A DNA stretch of 64,000 nt from IMG/VR virus record IMGVR_UViG_2595698914_000001, positions 1 to 64,000 of that record; one strand, 5' to 3'. The stretch's first letter is position 1. Every line of letters begins with the position of its first letter. The stretch comes from a virus (Duplodnaviria; Caudoviricetes). Both the position numbers and the translations under genes were made by a program. Of this stretch, positions 48,450 through 57,718 are shown in pieces. Under the pieces are notes generated by a model. It had not been told where the DNA came from and searched no databases. It saw nothing but the letters and a program-made list of their open reading frames with translations.

Positions 48450-48835
48450 AGCGCGTTGATAACGCATCAAAAAAATACACGTTAGATTTATCGTGTAGGT
48501 GTTGAAAGATACACCAAACCGAGACCCCTCGCTAATTGTCCATTACGACAAATTAATTTTGCCTTCGCAATCAAGATTAATGAGGGGTACTCACCAATTA
48601 CACTAAGTGAGTATTTTATTAAGTATTCAGTTCGGGTATAGCGATAGAGAGAATAATAATGAAAGTTAGACTATTACTTCATTTGAGTGTAAACGTTACT
48701 CGTAAGAGATAATCCCGATGAGCTACTCTAAAAGCCTTGCACAGCGACTCTTTATGATTGAGTAGTGGCGACATCATATATAAATATCATAGGGTTAAGT
48801 TATTAATTTAAATATTAGAATTTAACTCTATGCTA
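48450..48835 (+). ncRNA. candidate structured RNA C / long structured 3' UTR
   Basis: About ten consecutive or nested stems including a multibranch domain; no ORF. Confidence 0.5.
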
Positions 48836-48862
48836 TTTCCGTAGTATATTAATAAGTATTAT

Positions 48863-48969
48863 GTGTTTTTTGGTTTCCCAACCAGTTAGGTTTTACTTCC
48901 AATTTTCCCTAACGTTAAACACTTCTCCTTGTTGAGTTTAAGGTCCAGTCTTCGGGCTGGACCTCTTTT
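48863..48969 (+). ncRNA. candidate sRNA D with anti-SD loops
   Basis: AAGTATTATGT promoter; three-way junction; TCCC, CTTCC and TTCTCCTT exposed; own TTCG terminator. Confidence 0.6.
48941..48969 (+). terminator. rho-independent terminator
   Basis: AGGTCCAGTC-TTCG-GGCTGGACCT-CTTTT. Confidence 0.85.
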
Positions 48970-49078
48970 ACCGATTACTTTGACAAAGTCAATAATCATA
49001 TATGAAGTCCCTAATTTAGTACATCGAGATTGGAGATATAATCTTAATCATTTAAATATAAAATCAATAGGTTACACT

Positions 49079-49570
49079 ATGTCAATAAAAAAATATTACG
49101 TTGAGTTAGTAGAGTTAAAGAGAACATTGGCTCAATTAAAGTTACCTAAACCAAGAACATCAAGTAATAAACATGAATTCAATTATATACGTGAATGTCT
49201 AGAAGATTACTTATACATCACTAATTATCTTTTCGAAGATATTAAGAGTCCTAATAATAAACCTTATTACTTAGATAGCCAAGTTAATTTAATAGTACGT
49301 ATCAATGTTAATAATATAGGATACATCAAGGAACGCACCATACGCACTACAGCACTCTTTACTCCTCTAACTAGAGAAGAGTCTAAAGAACTACGTAGAA
49401 TGGCACAGGAGCTTTCTGACGCAGCTTTAACTATAGTTGTTAATCCTAATCTAACTGACTATGTAGGTACTAGAAATAAATTCGATTATGAAAGTATAGT
49501 AGTCTACTTAGAATCTCTCATTCTATATCTAAATAGTGTTTATATGGTATTGAATGTTGATAACGTTTAA
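49079..49570 (+). CDS. hypothetical protein (start reassigned to 49079)
   Basis: AGGT RBS before MSIKK; the upstream extension overlaps a terminator. Confidence 0.6.
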   Translation: MSIKKYYVELVELKRTLAQLKLPKPRTSSNKHEFNYIRECLEDYLYITNYLFEDIKSPNNKPYYLDSQVNLIVRINVNNIGYIKERTIRTTALFTPLTREESKELRRMAQELSDAALTIVVNPNLTDYVGTRNKFDYESIVVYLESLILYLNSVYMVLNVDNV

Positions 49571-49591
49571 TTTATAAGAAGGAAGTTTATT

Positions 49592-50191
49592 ATGAGTGAA
49601 GTTACACGTAAGAGTATCATCTTATTCTACTATGGTGTAGAAGGTGGTATGGTAGACATTAAGGATGATAAGGGTGGTCTTACTGCAAGAGGTGGTATGA
49701 CTAAAACTAAGTTAGACGAACATAAAGCTAGCTGGGGAGAGTATTCTTTCTATGGTGATATGAGTAATATACCTTATGAGTTATATGAATATATTATGAC
49801 TGTTGACTTCTGGGATAAGCTTTGGGGTGATGAGCTATTAGAAATAGACCCTAAACTTATTGATGCTTTATATGGTTGGGCAATTAATAGTTCTCCTTAC
49901 TACCCAGTTAAAGCTATGCAGAAACATCTCTGCGTTATGAACTTAAAACAAACGCGCTATAGAGATACCGCAGTAGATGGTGGTATGGGTCAACATACAT
50001 ACGATACACTTATAATGTATCTTGAAGCTTGTAAGGACCGTAGACCTATCCAGAAGCTCCTAGGAACGATCTTCTCATGTCAGCATGTTCATTACTTAAA
50101 TATTAGTTATGAACGCTCAGAAGAGCGTAACGAGACCTTTACGGACGGATGGTTTAATCGTATCATGGATAAGGTTGAACGTCTAAGTTAA
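49592..50191 (+). CDS. endolysin, glycoside hydrolase family 108
   Basis: EGG.V..KDD.GG.T..G catalytic motif, VDGGMG, F..GWFNRI. Confidence 0.85.
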   Translation: MSEVTRKSIILFYYGVEGGMVDIKDDKGGLTARGGMTKTKLDEHKASWGEYSFYGDMSNIPYELYEYIMTVDFWDKLWGDELLEIDPKLIDALYGWAINSSPYYPVKAMQKHLCVMNLKQTRYRDTAVDGGMGQHTYDTLIMYLEACKDRRPIQKLLGTIFSCQHVHYLNISYERSEERNETFTDGWFNRIMDKVERLS

Positions 50192-50195
50192 TTTC

Positions 50196-50241
50196 TAGAT
50201 AATAATCAACCTACCGATATCGGTAGGTTGATTATTATCTA
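50196..50241. terminator. perfect 46-bp palindrome between convergent genes
   Basis: TAGATAATAATCAACCTACCGAT|ATCGGTAGGTTGATTATTATCTA. Confidence 0.75.
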
Positions 50242-50248
50242 TAGTATC

Positions 50249-50986
50249 TTAAGTTCTTGAGTTAATTCTTGATTTAGCTTTAGCGTTTAATAAAGCCAAT
50301 CCCTCAGCATCGAATTGTTTATTAAAAACAACCATTTCTGAAAACTCGATTTCTGGAGTATTACCTGTGTTATAATAGCAATTACCTAAACCTAACTTTC
50401 TATCAGTGGTGATATACGTACTAGTACTAACGTTGTCAAATATAACTTCACCGTCTAACAATACAGTGGTTTCTTTATTAGTACTATTCCAATCACGATG
50501 AATAATTAACGTATACTCCTGACCTACGATAAGTTCTTCGGTAGTGATTTTAACATTAGAAACTATACCGTGATATATTAGGTACAGATGGAAATCATTA
50601 CTTAAGTATACACTACCACCGCCAGATGAACTTGTTGTAGACGACATATTACCATTGATAATACCGACCCCACCAAACTCATTAACTTTAAAACTAATAA
50701 CCTCAGTCAATAGTAAGACTTGACTATCATCGGTTACTGGTGTTATAAGGCCAGATTCATATGCGTCTGTTATAACTCCATTAAATGTCCATGTCGGAGC
50801 TATAGTACCTACCGTTAATTTATCTAGGTAGTTTATACGACTACTAAGTGCTGTGTTTGATATACCTAATATCCAATGATATTTAGAATCTCCTTCAACT
50901 CCAGAAAAGAATTCTACATCTTTGTAATCTATTTTAGTTAAGTCCGTTCTAGAACTAACTACATTTAACATTGTAAATAATGCCAT
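50249..50986 (-). CDS. LamG/concanavalin-like tail accessory protein
   Basis: Beta-rich; HWILG...TVLLDGE...EMVVFNK pattern; follows the tailspike gene. Confidence 0.55.
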   Translation of the reverse strand: MALFTMLNVVSSRTDLTKIDYKDVEFFSGVEGDSKYHWILGISNTALSSRINYLDKLTVGTIAPTWTFNGVITDAYESGLITPVTDDSQVLLLTEVISFKVNEFGGVGIINGNMSSTTSSSGGGSVYLSNDFHLYLIYHGIVSNVKITTEELIVGQEYTLIIHRDWNSTNKETTVLLDGEVIFDNVSTSTYITTDRKLGLGNCYYNTGNTPEIEFSEMVVFNKQFDAEGLALLNAKAKSRINSRT

Positions 50987-50990
50987 AAGG

Positions 50991-53099
50991 TTATTCTCCT
51001 AATTTGATTGCTGTTTTCGTAAAGTGAGTACAAGGATTAACTAATGTATAAGTCTCATTTAATAATGTTATAGTTTCAGAATTACTATCAGTAAGATTAC
51101 CAGACGCACCATCTTTTATAAATACATCAGTGGCTATATTATCTAACGCATATCTTAACTTCACTACACCAGATGGCTCAGAATTTAATTTTAAGGTAAC
51201 TGTGTCATACGATGTAATGTTAATACTTAATATATCAACAGGAACATCATCTACAGTTACAACAAACCCGTAATCTAAAGTCATAGCTAAGTCGTCAGTA
51301 TTCAGTTGTAATGGTGGTACTGGAACGTCGAACGTACAGTTCAGAACTGTACCCCGTAAAGTTACCGATTTAACTTTTAAACACTTAGGTTTATTACCAT
51401 TAAGCATTTGATTATATGATTTTGCGCCATACGCACCCAATAACTTAGAGCCAACATTAGTTAAGTGAGTTCCATCTGGACCATGTGGAAGTATATAGGT
51501 TGGTGTAGTAATATATACAAGATCATGGGTATCGTGGTAATCTTGTTGAGTACTGTATACCGCATCGCTTAATTTACAACCATAAGATAGTTGGTAGGTT
51601 AAGATATAGGTCGTATCAGACTTACCACTTATCGTATTCGCAGCAACATTAATATCATCGATCATAGTTCCAAATTTACCTGAGTAAAATGACTTACTAA
51701 CACCATCATCTATATCAGTTTCACCTTGGATGTAGTAGACAAGACCCATATAATAATCATTAGTAATAGCGTTACCTTGACGAATATGCTCTAAGAAATA
51801 GTCGTTATACCAAGTAGTATCTTTTTCTAGTTCACTAATTGAATACCCACCGTGACCCGCCGCAGATAGGAGTAGTGGTCTTGTCGATAAGTCATCTCCA
51901 GCCATAGCTCTTAACGTTGATAAGTAGTTACCAAAACCAGCACAGGGAGTCTCACCACGACCATCTTTACCATCTGGTGAAAAGATGTCATCTTCAATTA
52001 GATCTTTTAACGGTAAGAATAATTGGTTTGAACCATCATATGCTCTAGGTCCTCCAGCAAACGTCTTAACGTTGTAAGGTTGTATTGAACTTATTATAGG
52101 AACTGCTTTAGCACCTATAGATAATGATTGACCATAAATTACGATATGATTTAATGTATACGAATTGATCTTATAGGGTAACGGTTCTGTGGTGGATGTA
52201 TAGCCGTTACCAGAAATATTTTTAGCTACTATACCCGCACCGATTATAACTTCCGATTTAACATCATAACCTAATAGTACCTTACCAGTAACATCAGTTA
52301 ATATAGGAACAACTTCGGTACCTAAATAATTAACTATTAGCTCTTCGCCGTTACGCTGTTTATTAAGACCTGCACCGATTAGTTCTTGAGTTTGTTTGTT
52401 GTAACCCAACAATATATTAAGATTCTTATCTGTAATAATTGGAACTACAGTTCCATCACCTAGGTAATCTAATAAACCTTTATCCGTTAAGTCATTTGCT
52501 AACTTAAGTATGTCAGATTTAATATATTCTATACTAGCTGTCGATGGATAGGTTTTAATTAATTCAGAATTACCATCCCCTATATTGAGGTAGATATCTA
52601 TATAGATATCTACTGATGTTGATATAACCTTAAAGAACTCACCATTACTAGTGTTAGTAACACCTTCACTTACAGTTGTATAAATGATTCCGGTGAGTAT
52701 TATAGAATCTAAAGCACTTTCTGCACGACTAGCATTATCTGCCGTTGCTTGAACTGCTTCTGTTACCAAGGTCTGTCTGAACTCAGGCTTATCTGCTTCC
52801 CACTGATTAACTACTTCTGTAGGTATGGATTGCTTAGCAGCTTCAAGTTCGTCCAATTTAGCGGAATGCTCAGTTTCAATTTCACCTAATTTAGATTCCT
52901 GGTTAGTTTTAAATTCGTTTATACTCGTAGTGGTAGCTTGTTCAAACTCCTCACGTTTACTGTTAAACTCGTCAATGGCATCATCTTTAGCTTTATCGAT
53001 TTCTACCATCTTACCGCCAACTTCCTGAGTTAATTCTTCTACTCTAGAAGCATGACGTTGAGACTCTAATAAGACTAAATCAACGTTTATATCATTCAT
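50991..53099 (-). CDS. tail fibre/spike with SGNH sialate-O-acetylesterase-like domain
   Basis: Coiled-coil N-terminus; YGQSLS, GHGG, YIQGETD and DGTHL motifs. Confidence 0.8.
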   Translation of the reverse strand: MNDINVDLVLLESQRHASRVEELTQEVGGKMVEIDKAKDDAIDEFNSKREEFEQATTTSINEFKTNQESKLGEIETEHSAKLDELEAAKQSIPTEVVNQWEADKPEFRQTLVTEAVQATADNASRAESALDSIILTGIIYTTVSEGVTNTSNGEFFKVISTSVDIYIDIYLNIGDGNSELIKTYPSTASIEYIKSDILKLANDLTDKGLLDYLGDGTVVPIITDKNLNILLGYNKQTQELIGAGLNKQRNGEELIVNYLGTEVVPILTDVTGKVLLGYDVKSEVIIGAGIVAKNISGNGYTSTTEPLPYKINSYTLNHIVIYGQSLSIGAKAVPIISSIQPYNVKTFAGGPRAYDGSNQLFLPLKDLIEDDIFSPDGKDGRGETPCAGFGNYLSTLRAMAGDDLSTRPLLLSAAGHGGYSISELEKDTTWYNDYFLEHIRQGNAITNDYYMGLVYYIQGETDIDDGVSKSFYSGKFGTMIDDINVAANTISGKSDTTYILTYQLSYGCKLSDAVYSTQQDYHDTHDLVYITTPTYILPHGPDGTHLTNVGSKLLGAYGAKSYNQMLNGNKPKCLKVKSVTLRGTVLNCTFDVPVPPLQLNTDDLAMTLDYGFVVTVDDVPVDILSINITSYDTVTLKLNSEPSGVVKLRYALDNIATDVFIKDGASGNLTDSNSETITLLNETYTLVNPCTHFTKTAIKLGE

Positions 53100-53168
53100 A
53101 ATATATCCTATTTATATAATCGGGTAACTGGGTATTTTTTTACCCAGTTATTTATAATACATGTCACA

Positions 53169-55970
53169 TTAAGAAAGCTTATTGACTGCCCATGCAGTAG
53201 TAGCATTACAGTACATGTCTCTTCCGAATTCATCAAAATGAACCCAGTCTGTAACCGTAGCTTTATTCATCATGGTATTTGGTACAGAGACATTACTATT
53301 CCATGCATTAGAGTAATCTCTAGGTACATGCAGATAGCACGGTATGAAGTCTACTGCTAGATCGGTACATACTTGATGACACTTATCAATCCAGATAGTA
53401 GTTTCTTCGCCCCAACGAACTAATCCATTAGTAGTATGACTCGTAACCGGCGCTGGAATAACACCAATGTCGATATTAGTTGATACCGCTCTAATAGAAC
53501 CTATCATATGTCTAAGTGCCAATTCCATAAATTCTAAACGCTCATCTGCCGTATAAGAGTCACGTTGTAAATTTATATCATTAGTAGATAATGCAATGGT
53601 AACTATATCCGGAACATCCACATTATGAGTACTTAGATAATGTGCAAAGTCGAAGATATAATATTTATCTGCTGAATTGTCTTCTGCAAAACTAACTTCT
53701 TTAATACTACCTGTAAATGTAAAGCATAATTCAGGAGTATTCAGACGATCTGATGCAGTCGCTAAACGTAAGAATGGGTTTTGCCACTTAGAAGTAGTAG
53801 TTGTACCAGGTTCAGGTAACGTATGGGTTGCACCAGTTCTATTACACTTCCCAATAAACGATCGGTACTGCCAGTAACCACGACCTTCAGACGCAATGTT
53901 ATCTGTGTAAGAACTTGCGTATGTACCAACAATTTCCATAGTACAGTTATACTTAGTAGACATCTTATTCTTAAAATCGCTAGCCATACCAACTTCAGTC
54001 AGACTATCTCCTATAAGTAATGCCTTCTTAACTTTGCCGGAAACTAAAGTCTTATCTACCGAATGGATAGTGAATGGTGTATTGTAACGATTATCTGGTT
54101 CTAAGATATGTGTCATACGAATAGATGCTACTTCACCATCTGCCCCTAAGTCTTCTGGTTTAAAGTATAATTCACCGTCTAATGTTTGATATGGTCTGAC
54201 ATTACGAGTTAACTTAGCATTGGTTGATGGTGTTATGAAAATATTAAGATTATCTAACTCATCAGGTTTATCGTTGGCAATAATACTATTTCTGAAAATA
54301 GGCAACTCTTCACCTTCCACAAAGAACAGATTATCAGGCATTAAAAGTCTATTCTCGTACGCATCAAACTCAAGTCCGCTAGTAACCTCACCATTAAGAT
54401 AATCTATAACATTACCCTCGGTATCTATAACTGTAGGTTTATGTTTAGAATTACCTAACCATATAAAATCACCATCTGTTATAGTACCAAATATTAATCC
54501 GTAGGCCGGAGAAATTATTTCTGTTGCAGGGGTAACATGTAACTTATTAGTACGATAATCATACCATAATGTTTGAAACACAGATAAGTCATTATCTGAA
54601 AAATCAACAGTACCAGAGTTTATATACTTATAGCCTTTATGTGCTGTTAAGTCGTTTGGCTCCGCACTAAGATAGCAGTTAGTTAAAACGGTTAATTTTT
54701 TAGTGTGTAAATCCACAATGATACGATCTGGAGTCAATAAGTGACTATGTCTAGTTTCAAAAGTAGATCCGTTAGTATTTAAACCTTTAGGATTATTTGA
54801 TCTGCTAGAGATATTTATTGGTGGAAGTTGGAAGTTAGACCATACTTGCCCGCCATCTGTAAAAATTGCAACTATAGATTCTGATGCAGGTATAATTTGT
54901 GATGTAGTACCTAATGAAGCCCAACTATACAACCTCAGCGTAGACTCTGTTCTATTTACAGCATTAGTAGCTAAGCGACTATAAGTTAGTACTAAGTAAG
55001 TATCATCGGCGGTAACTGTATCGTAATCATCAAAGTTTAAAGTCAGACTTGGTAAACCGACATTCTGACCATTACTCATTACGTTCACGGTACCTGTGAA
55101 TTTTAAAGTACGTGTTACCCAATTACATTCTACCAGATGACCAGAATAACCATATGATGCCGTTGGATTGGTTCGGGCACCAACTGTACCTAAACGATTA
55201 CCATACTTATCAGTTATAGAGAATATGTTAGCATTAGGACCATGTGCTACATCATAGAATACAACACCCAATACTATATCTTTATGATACGGTTTATTAC
55301 TGTTAAACGTACCAACATTAATTGTTGTTGAACCCTCTCTTAAGTAAACGTATAAGGCGTAACCTAATTGTGAATCAGGTATAAGGCTAAAATCAATAAC
55401 TTGAGCTGGAACATTAACGGTTATCTCGCTAGTAGTTAAGACGACAAGTCCTCTAGTTAATTCTAGAGTTTTATCTTTAATGTTCATAACTAACGTACCT
55501 GGATAACCCATCGCTAAAGCGGTACAGTTTATTTTACCGCCTACGTTTTCAGGAGTTAACACACCATCAGTAGAAGGGTAACGTTTAATTTCAGTTGCTA
55601 CTGAACCAGCATCATGACGGTATAAAATTAAATATTCTATATCTGTCGTACTTGGAGTAGAAAAATAATCCCCTTCAGTAGTTCCAGCTAGACCTAATGT
55701 AGTCGTTTGGAAGATACCAGCATTAAGAGCTGCTGCATCTGCCGCCGATACCACTCTATTGGTTTCAGCTGTAATGGTTTCTGTAACCGTAGCACTAACT
55801 TCAGCCGCCACCAAAGTACGTTGAGATTCTATAGTACCCATAACCTCTTGGGTTTTAGCATCTATATCATTAATTTTAGCATCTATATCATCGGTAAGTT
55901 TACGACTCGCCTCAGTTTGGAGCGTAGCCGCTTCCAGAACCTTAGATACTTCATTGGTTAAATCGTTCAT
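53169..55970 (-). CDS. tail fibre/spike with GDSL/SGNH hydrolase domain
   Basis: IGDSLT, EGRGYW, LSTND and DWVHF motifs; N-terminal adaptor shared with 50991..53099. Confidence 0.8.
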   Translation of the reverse strand: MNDLTNEVSKVLEAATLQTEASRKLTDDIDAKINDIDAKTQEVMGTIESQRTLVAAEVSATVTETITAETNRVVSAADAAALNAGIFQTTTLGLAGTTEGDYFSTPSTTDIEYLILYRHDAGSVATEIKRYPSTDGVLTPENVGGKINCTALAMGYPGTLVMNIKDKTLELTRGLVVLTTSEITVNVPAQVIDFSLIPDSQLGYALYVYLREGSTTINVGTFNSNKPYHKDIVLGVVFYDVAHGPNANIFSITDKYGNRLGTVGARTNPTASYGYSGHLVECNWVTRTLKFTGTVNVMSNGQNVGLPSLTLNFDDYDTVTADDTYLVLTYSRLATNAVNRTESTLRLYSWASLGTTSQIIPASESIVAIFTDGGQVWSNFQLPPINISSRSNNPKGLNTNGSTFETRHSHLLTPDRIIVDLHTKKLTVLTNCYLSAEPNDLTAHKGYKYINSGTVDFSDNDLSVFQTLWYDYRTNKLHVTPATEIISPAYGLIFGTITDGDFIWLGNSKHKPTVIDTEGNVIDYLNGEVTSGLEFDAYENRLLMPDNLFFVEGEELPIFRNSIIANDKPDELDNLNIFITPSTNAKLTRNVRPYQTLDGELYFKPEDLGADGEVASIRMTHILEPDNRYNTPFTIHSVDKTLVSGKVKKALLIGDSLTEVGMASDFKNKMSTKYNCTMEIVGTYASSYTDNIASEGRGYWQYRSFIGKCNRTGATHTLPEPGTTTTSKWQNPFLRLATASDRLNTPELCFTFTGSIKEVSFAEDNSADKYYIFDFAHYLSTHNVDVPDIVTIALSTNDINLQRDSYTADERLEFMELALRHMIGSIRAVSTNIDIGVIPAPVTSHTTNGLVRWGEETTIWIDKCHQVCTDLAVDFIPCYLHVPRDYSNAWNSNVSVPNTMMNKATVTDWVHFDEFGRDMYCNATTAWAVNKLS

Positions 55971-56848
55971 CAGTTATTCTCCAATAGTTTAATTCTTTCA
56001 TTTAGTAAGAATTGACTTCTCATTAATTTAATTTCGCCAGTTTGCGATTTTATTATAGAAACAGAATGTTGTAGATTTAAAAATTGAGAGTCACTAACTG
56101 TTTTCTCAAGAACATCAGTTAGATTACTTAATTTGCTAGAGGTAGCTTCTAACCTCATCAACCTAACAGCCATTTCTATATCTTGAATATTGTTACTGAC
56201 TACTGCTTTCTGAAGAGTGATTATGGAATTTCTAGATTCTACTAACCTTACAGAAACTTCGTTATCATAGGTAGCTAGTTCATTTAATTTAGTTACAATA
56301 TACTTAACTAAATCATTCTCAACACCTAAAGCAACATTATCCCCTATACGTTCAAGGGATTGATGAATATTAGCTAATGCTGCTATCTCTTCATCCTTAC
56401 CCGTTACCTGAGAAGCATCATGTAAATGTTCTTCAGTTACATCGAACGAATGAGGTCGATTTTTAAGGTTACTGTAGTAAATCCTAGATAATTCAGTATC
56501 ACCTAAAGTGTCTAGTAGATTTATAATAGTTTCACGTTGTTGAACTTTACTACCGCCGACGTACTGGTATGTGGCTGAGATACTAGCTGTTGGAGTATTA
56601 GTTAATTCTATTAATGAATAAATTAACTTACCGCCAGTATGACCTGTAGCCGCAGAGTCTAATACTCTAGGTTTCCAGTCTCGGTTCTTTATTAATTCTT
56701 CGCCGGTGTTGACGTTTATCAGAGTTAAACTATCTAGGAAAAAAGAACCCTTAGATAGAACTAAGTTACCGTTTGCAAACTCCGACGGTGGTATAATTTC
56801 ACCGGTCATCTTATGTGTAGGTAAGGAACCCGTATAATCTTCTAACAT
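55970..56848 (-). CDS. virion tail-fibre adaptor protein
   Basis: EDYTGSLP..., FFLDSL, YQYVGG and HLH motifs of phiKZ-like fibre N-terminal modules. Confidence 0.6.
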   Translation of the reverse strand: MLEDYTGSLPTHKMTGEIIPPSEFANGNLVLSKGSFFLDSLTLINVNTGEELIKNRDWKPRVLDSAATGHTGGKLIYSLIELTNTPTASISATYQYVGGSKVQQRETIINLLDTLGDTELSRIYYSNLKNRPHSFDVTEEHLHDASQVTGKDEEIAALANIHQSLERIGDNVALGVENDLVKYIVTKLNELATYDNEVSVRLVESRNSIITLQKAVVSNNIQDIEMAVRLMRLEATSSKLSNLTDVLEKTVSDSQFLNLQHSVSIIKSQTGEIKLMRSQFLLNERIKLLENN

Positions 56849-56861
56849 AAGTCACCCTAAG

Positions 56862-57593
56862 TTATTTAACTCTAACGTAAGTATTAGACTTGTCTGTTAA
56901 AACAAAGCTGTCACCTACTATGGCAAGAGTAAGGAAAAAGGCAGGATAATCGTCACGAGTTATAGTCTGACCGTTTGATTCAACCCAGTAATTCATATTT
57001 AAAGAATTATTGGGTACAACAGTGGTTATCTCTGTTCCGATAGGTATCTTAGTACTGTCTGCTTTATCCGCTACTTCCGATAACTTCTTACCTACTTCCC
57101 ATAGAACAGCTACATAGTCCTGAAAACCGGTAGCTATTTTATCTGCTGGTAAATTATGAGTATTTGGATTGCTTGCGGCTGGAGCATCTACTACATTATC
57201 CCAAGTTAACTCTACTGGAACACCATTGATTAATTCAACTACTTCTTTTACAGCAGTTGGATTAAATGTAGTATAGCCTCCACCAACATACGGTGTAGTT
57301 AGACTCAGTGTACCAGTTAAAGTTTTGTTCACTAAAACAATACCAGCAAAGCCGTCTAAGTCGTAATTGGCTTTTAAGTGGTGACTGTAATAAGTCAAGT
57401 AGTAATCTACGTTCAGAGTCAAAGGAGTATTAGTATCTTTATGAGTTACAACTAATCCTTCCGTTAGAAAGACACCGTACTCAGGTACAATTACTTGACC
57501 TTCATTGGTAGCTAAACCGAATCGTATAGGATAATCCTTAGTGATTAGATTATCTTCATTACTACCTGACAAGTTAAGACTTAAGTAAATCAT
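56862..57593 (-). CDS. virion tail-fibre adaptor with collar-like C-terminus
   Basis: VPEYGVF, YVGG, WDNV..AP; PIGT...WVESNGQTITRDDYPAFF (tail-collar-like). Confidence 0.6.
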   Translation of the reverse strand: MIYLSLNLSGSNEDNLITKDYPIRFGLATNEGQVIVPEYGVFLTEGLVVTHKDTNTPLTLNVDYYLTYYSHHLKANYDLDGFAGIVLVNKTLTGTLSLTTPYVGGGYTTFNPTAVKEVVELINGVPVELTWDNVVDAPAASNPNTHNLPADKIATGFQDYVAVLWEVGKKLSEVADKADSTKIPIGTEITTVVPNNSLNMNYWVESNGQTITRDDYPAFFLTLAIVGDSFVLTDKSNTYVRVK

Positions 57594-57650
57594 AAAGTTA
57601 TATCCTTAATCGTTAGGTAACATAGATTTTTGTAAAGTTAAATAAATACA

Positions 57651-57664
57651 TCTATATATTATAG
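57651..57664 (+). promoter_or_regulatory. putative early promoter TCTATATATTATAG
   Basis: Identical to 2137-2150. Confidence 0.65.
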
Positions 57665-57718
57665 AGGTGGAATTATCTAGTAATTAAATAAATATCAATT
57701 TTAAAGGAGTTACCCCCT

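Noticed and set aside
48714-48775. Hammerhead-like CCGATGA plus stem, and group I-like AGACTA at about 48668
   Set aside because: No GAAA after stem II, no P7 partner (TAGTC), and no interrupted gene
46200-49070. tRNA, tmRNA, RNase P RNA or CRISPR array in the non-coding island
   Set aside because: No TTCGA T-loop/CCA cloverleaf, no GAGGAAAGTC motif, and no regularly spaced repeats
48929-49078. N-terminal extension of the 213-aa ORF, and similar extensions at 45565, 48054, 41648, 61534 and 29108
   Set aside because: They overlap terminators, other genes or promoter hairpins; downstream ATGs have clear RBSs
50196-50241. 46-bp perfect palindrome as a protelomerase or cruciform resolution site
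   Set aside because: It sits between convergent genes like the other bidirectional terminators, and no protelomerase gene is seen
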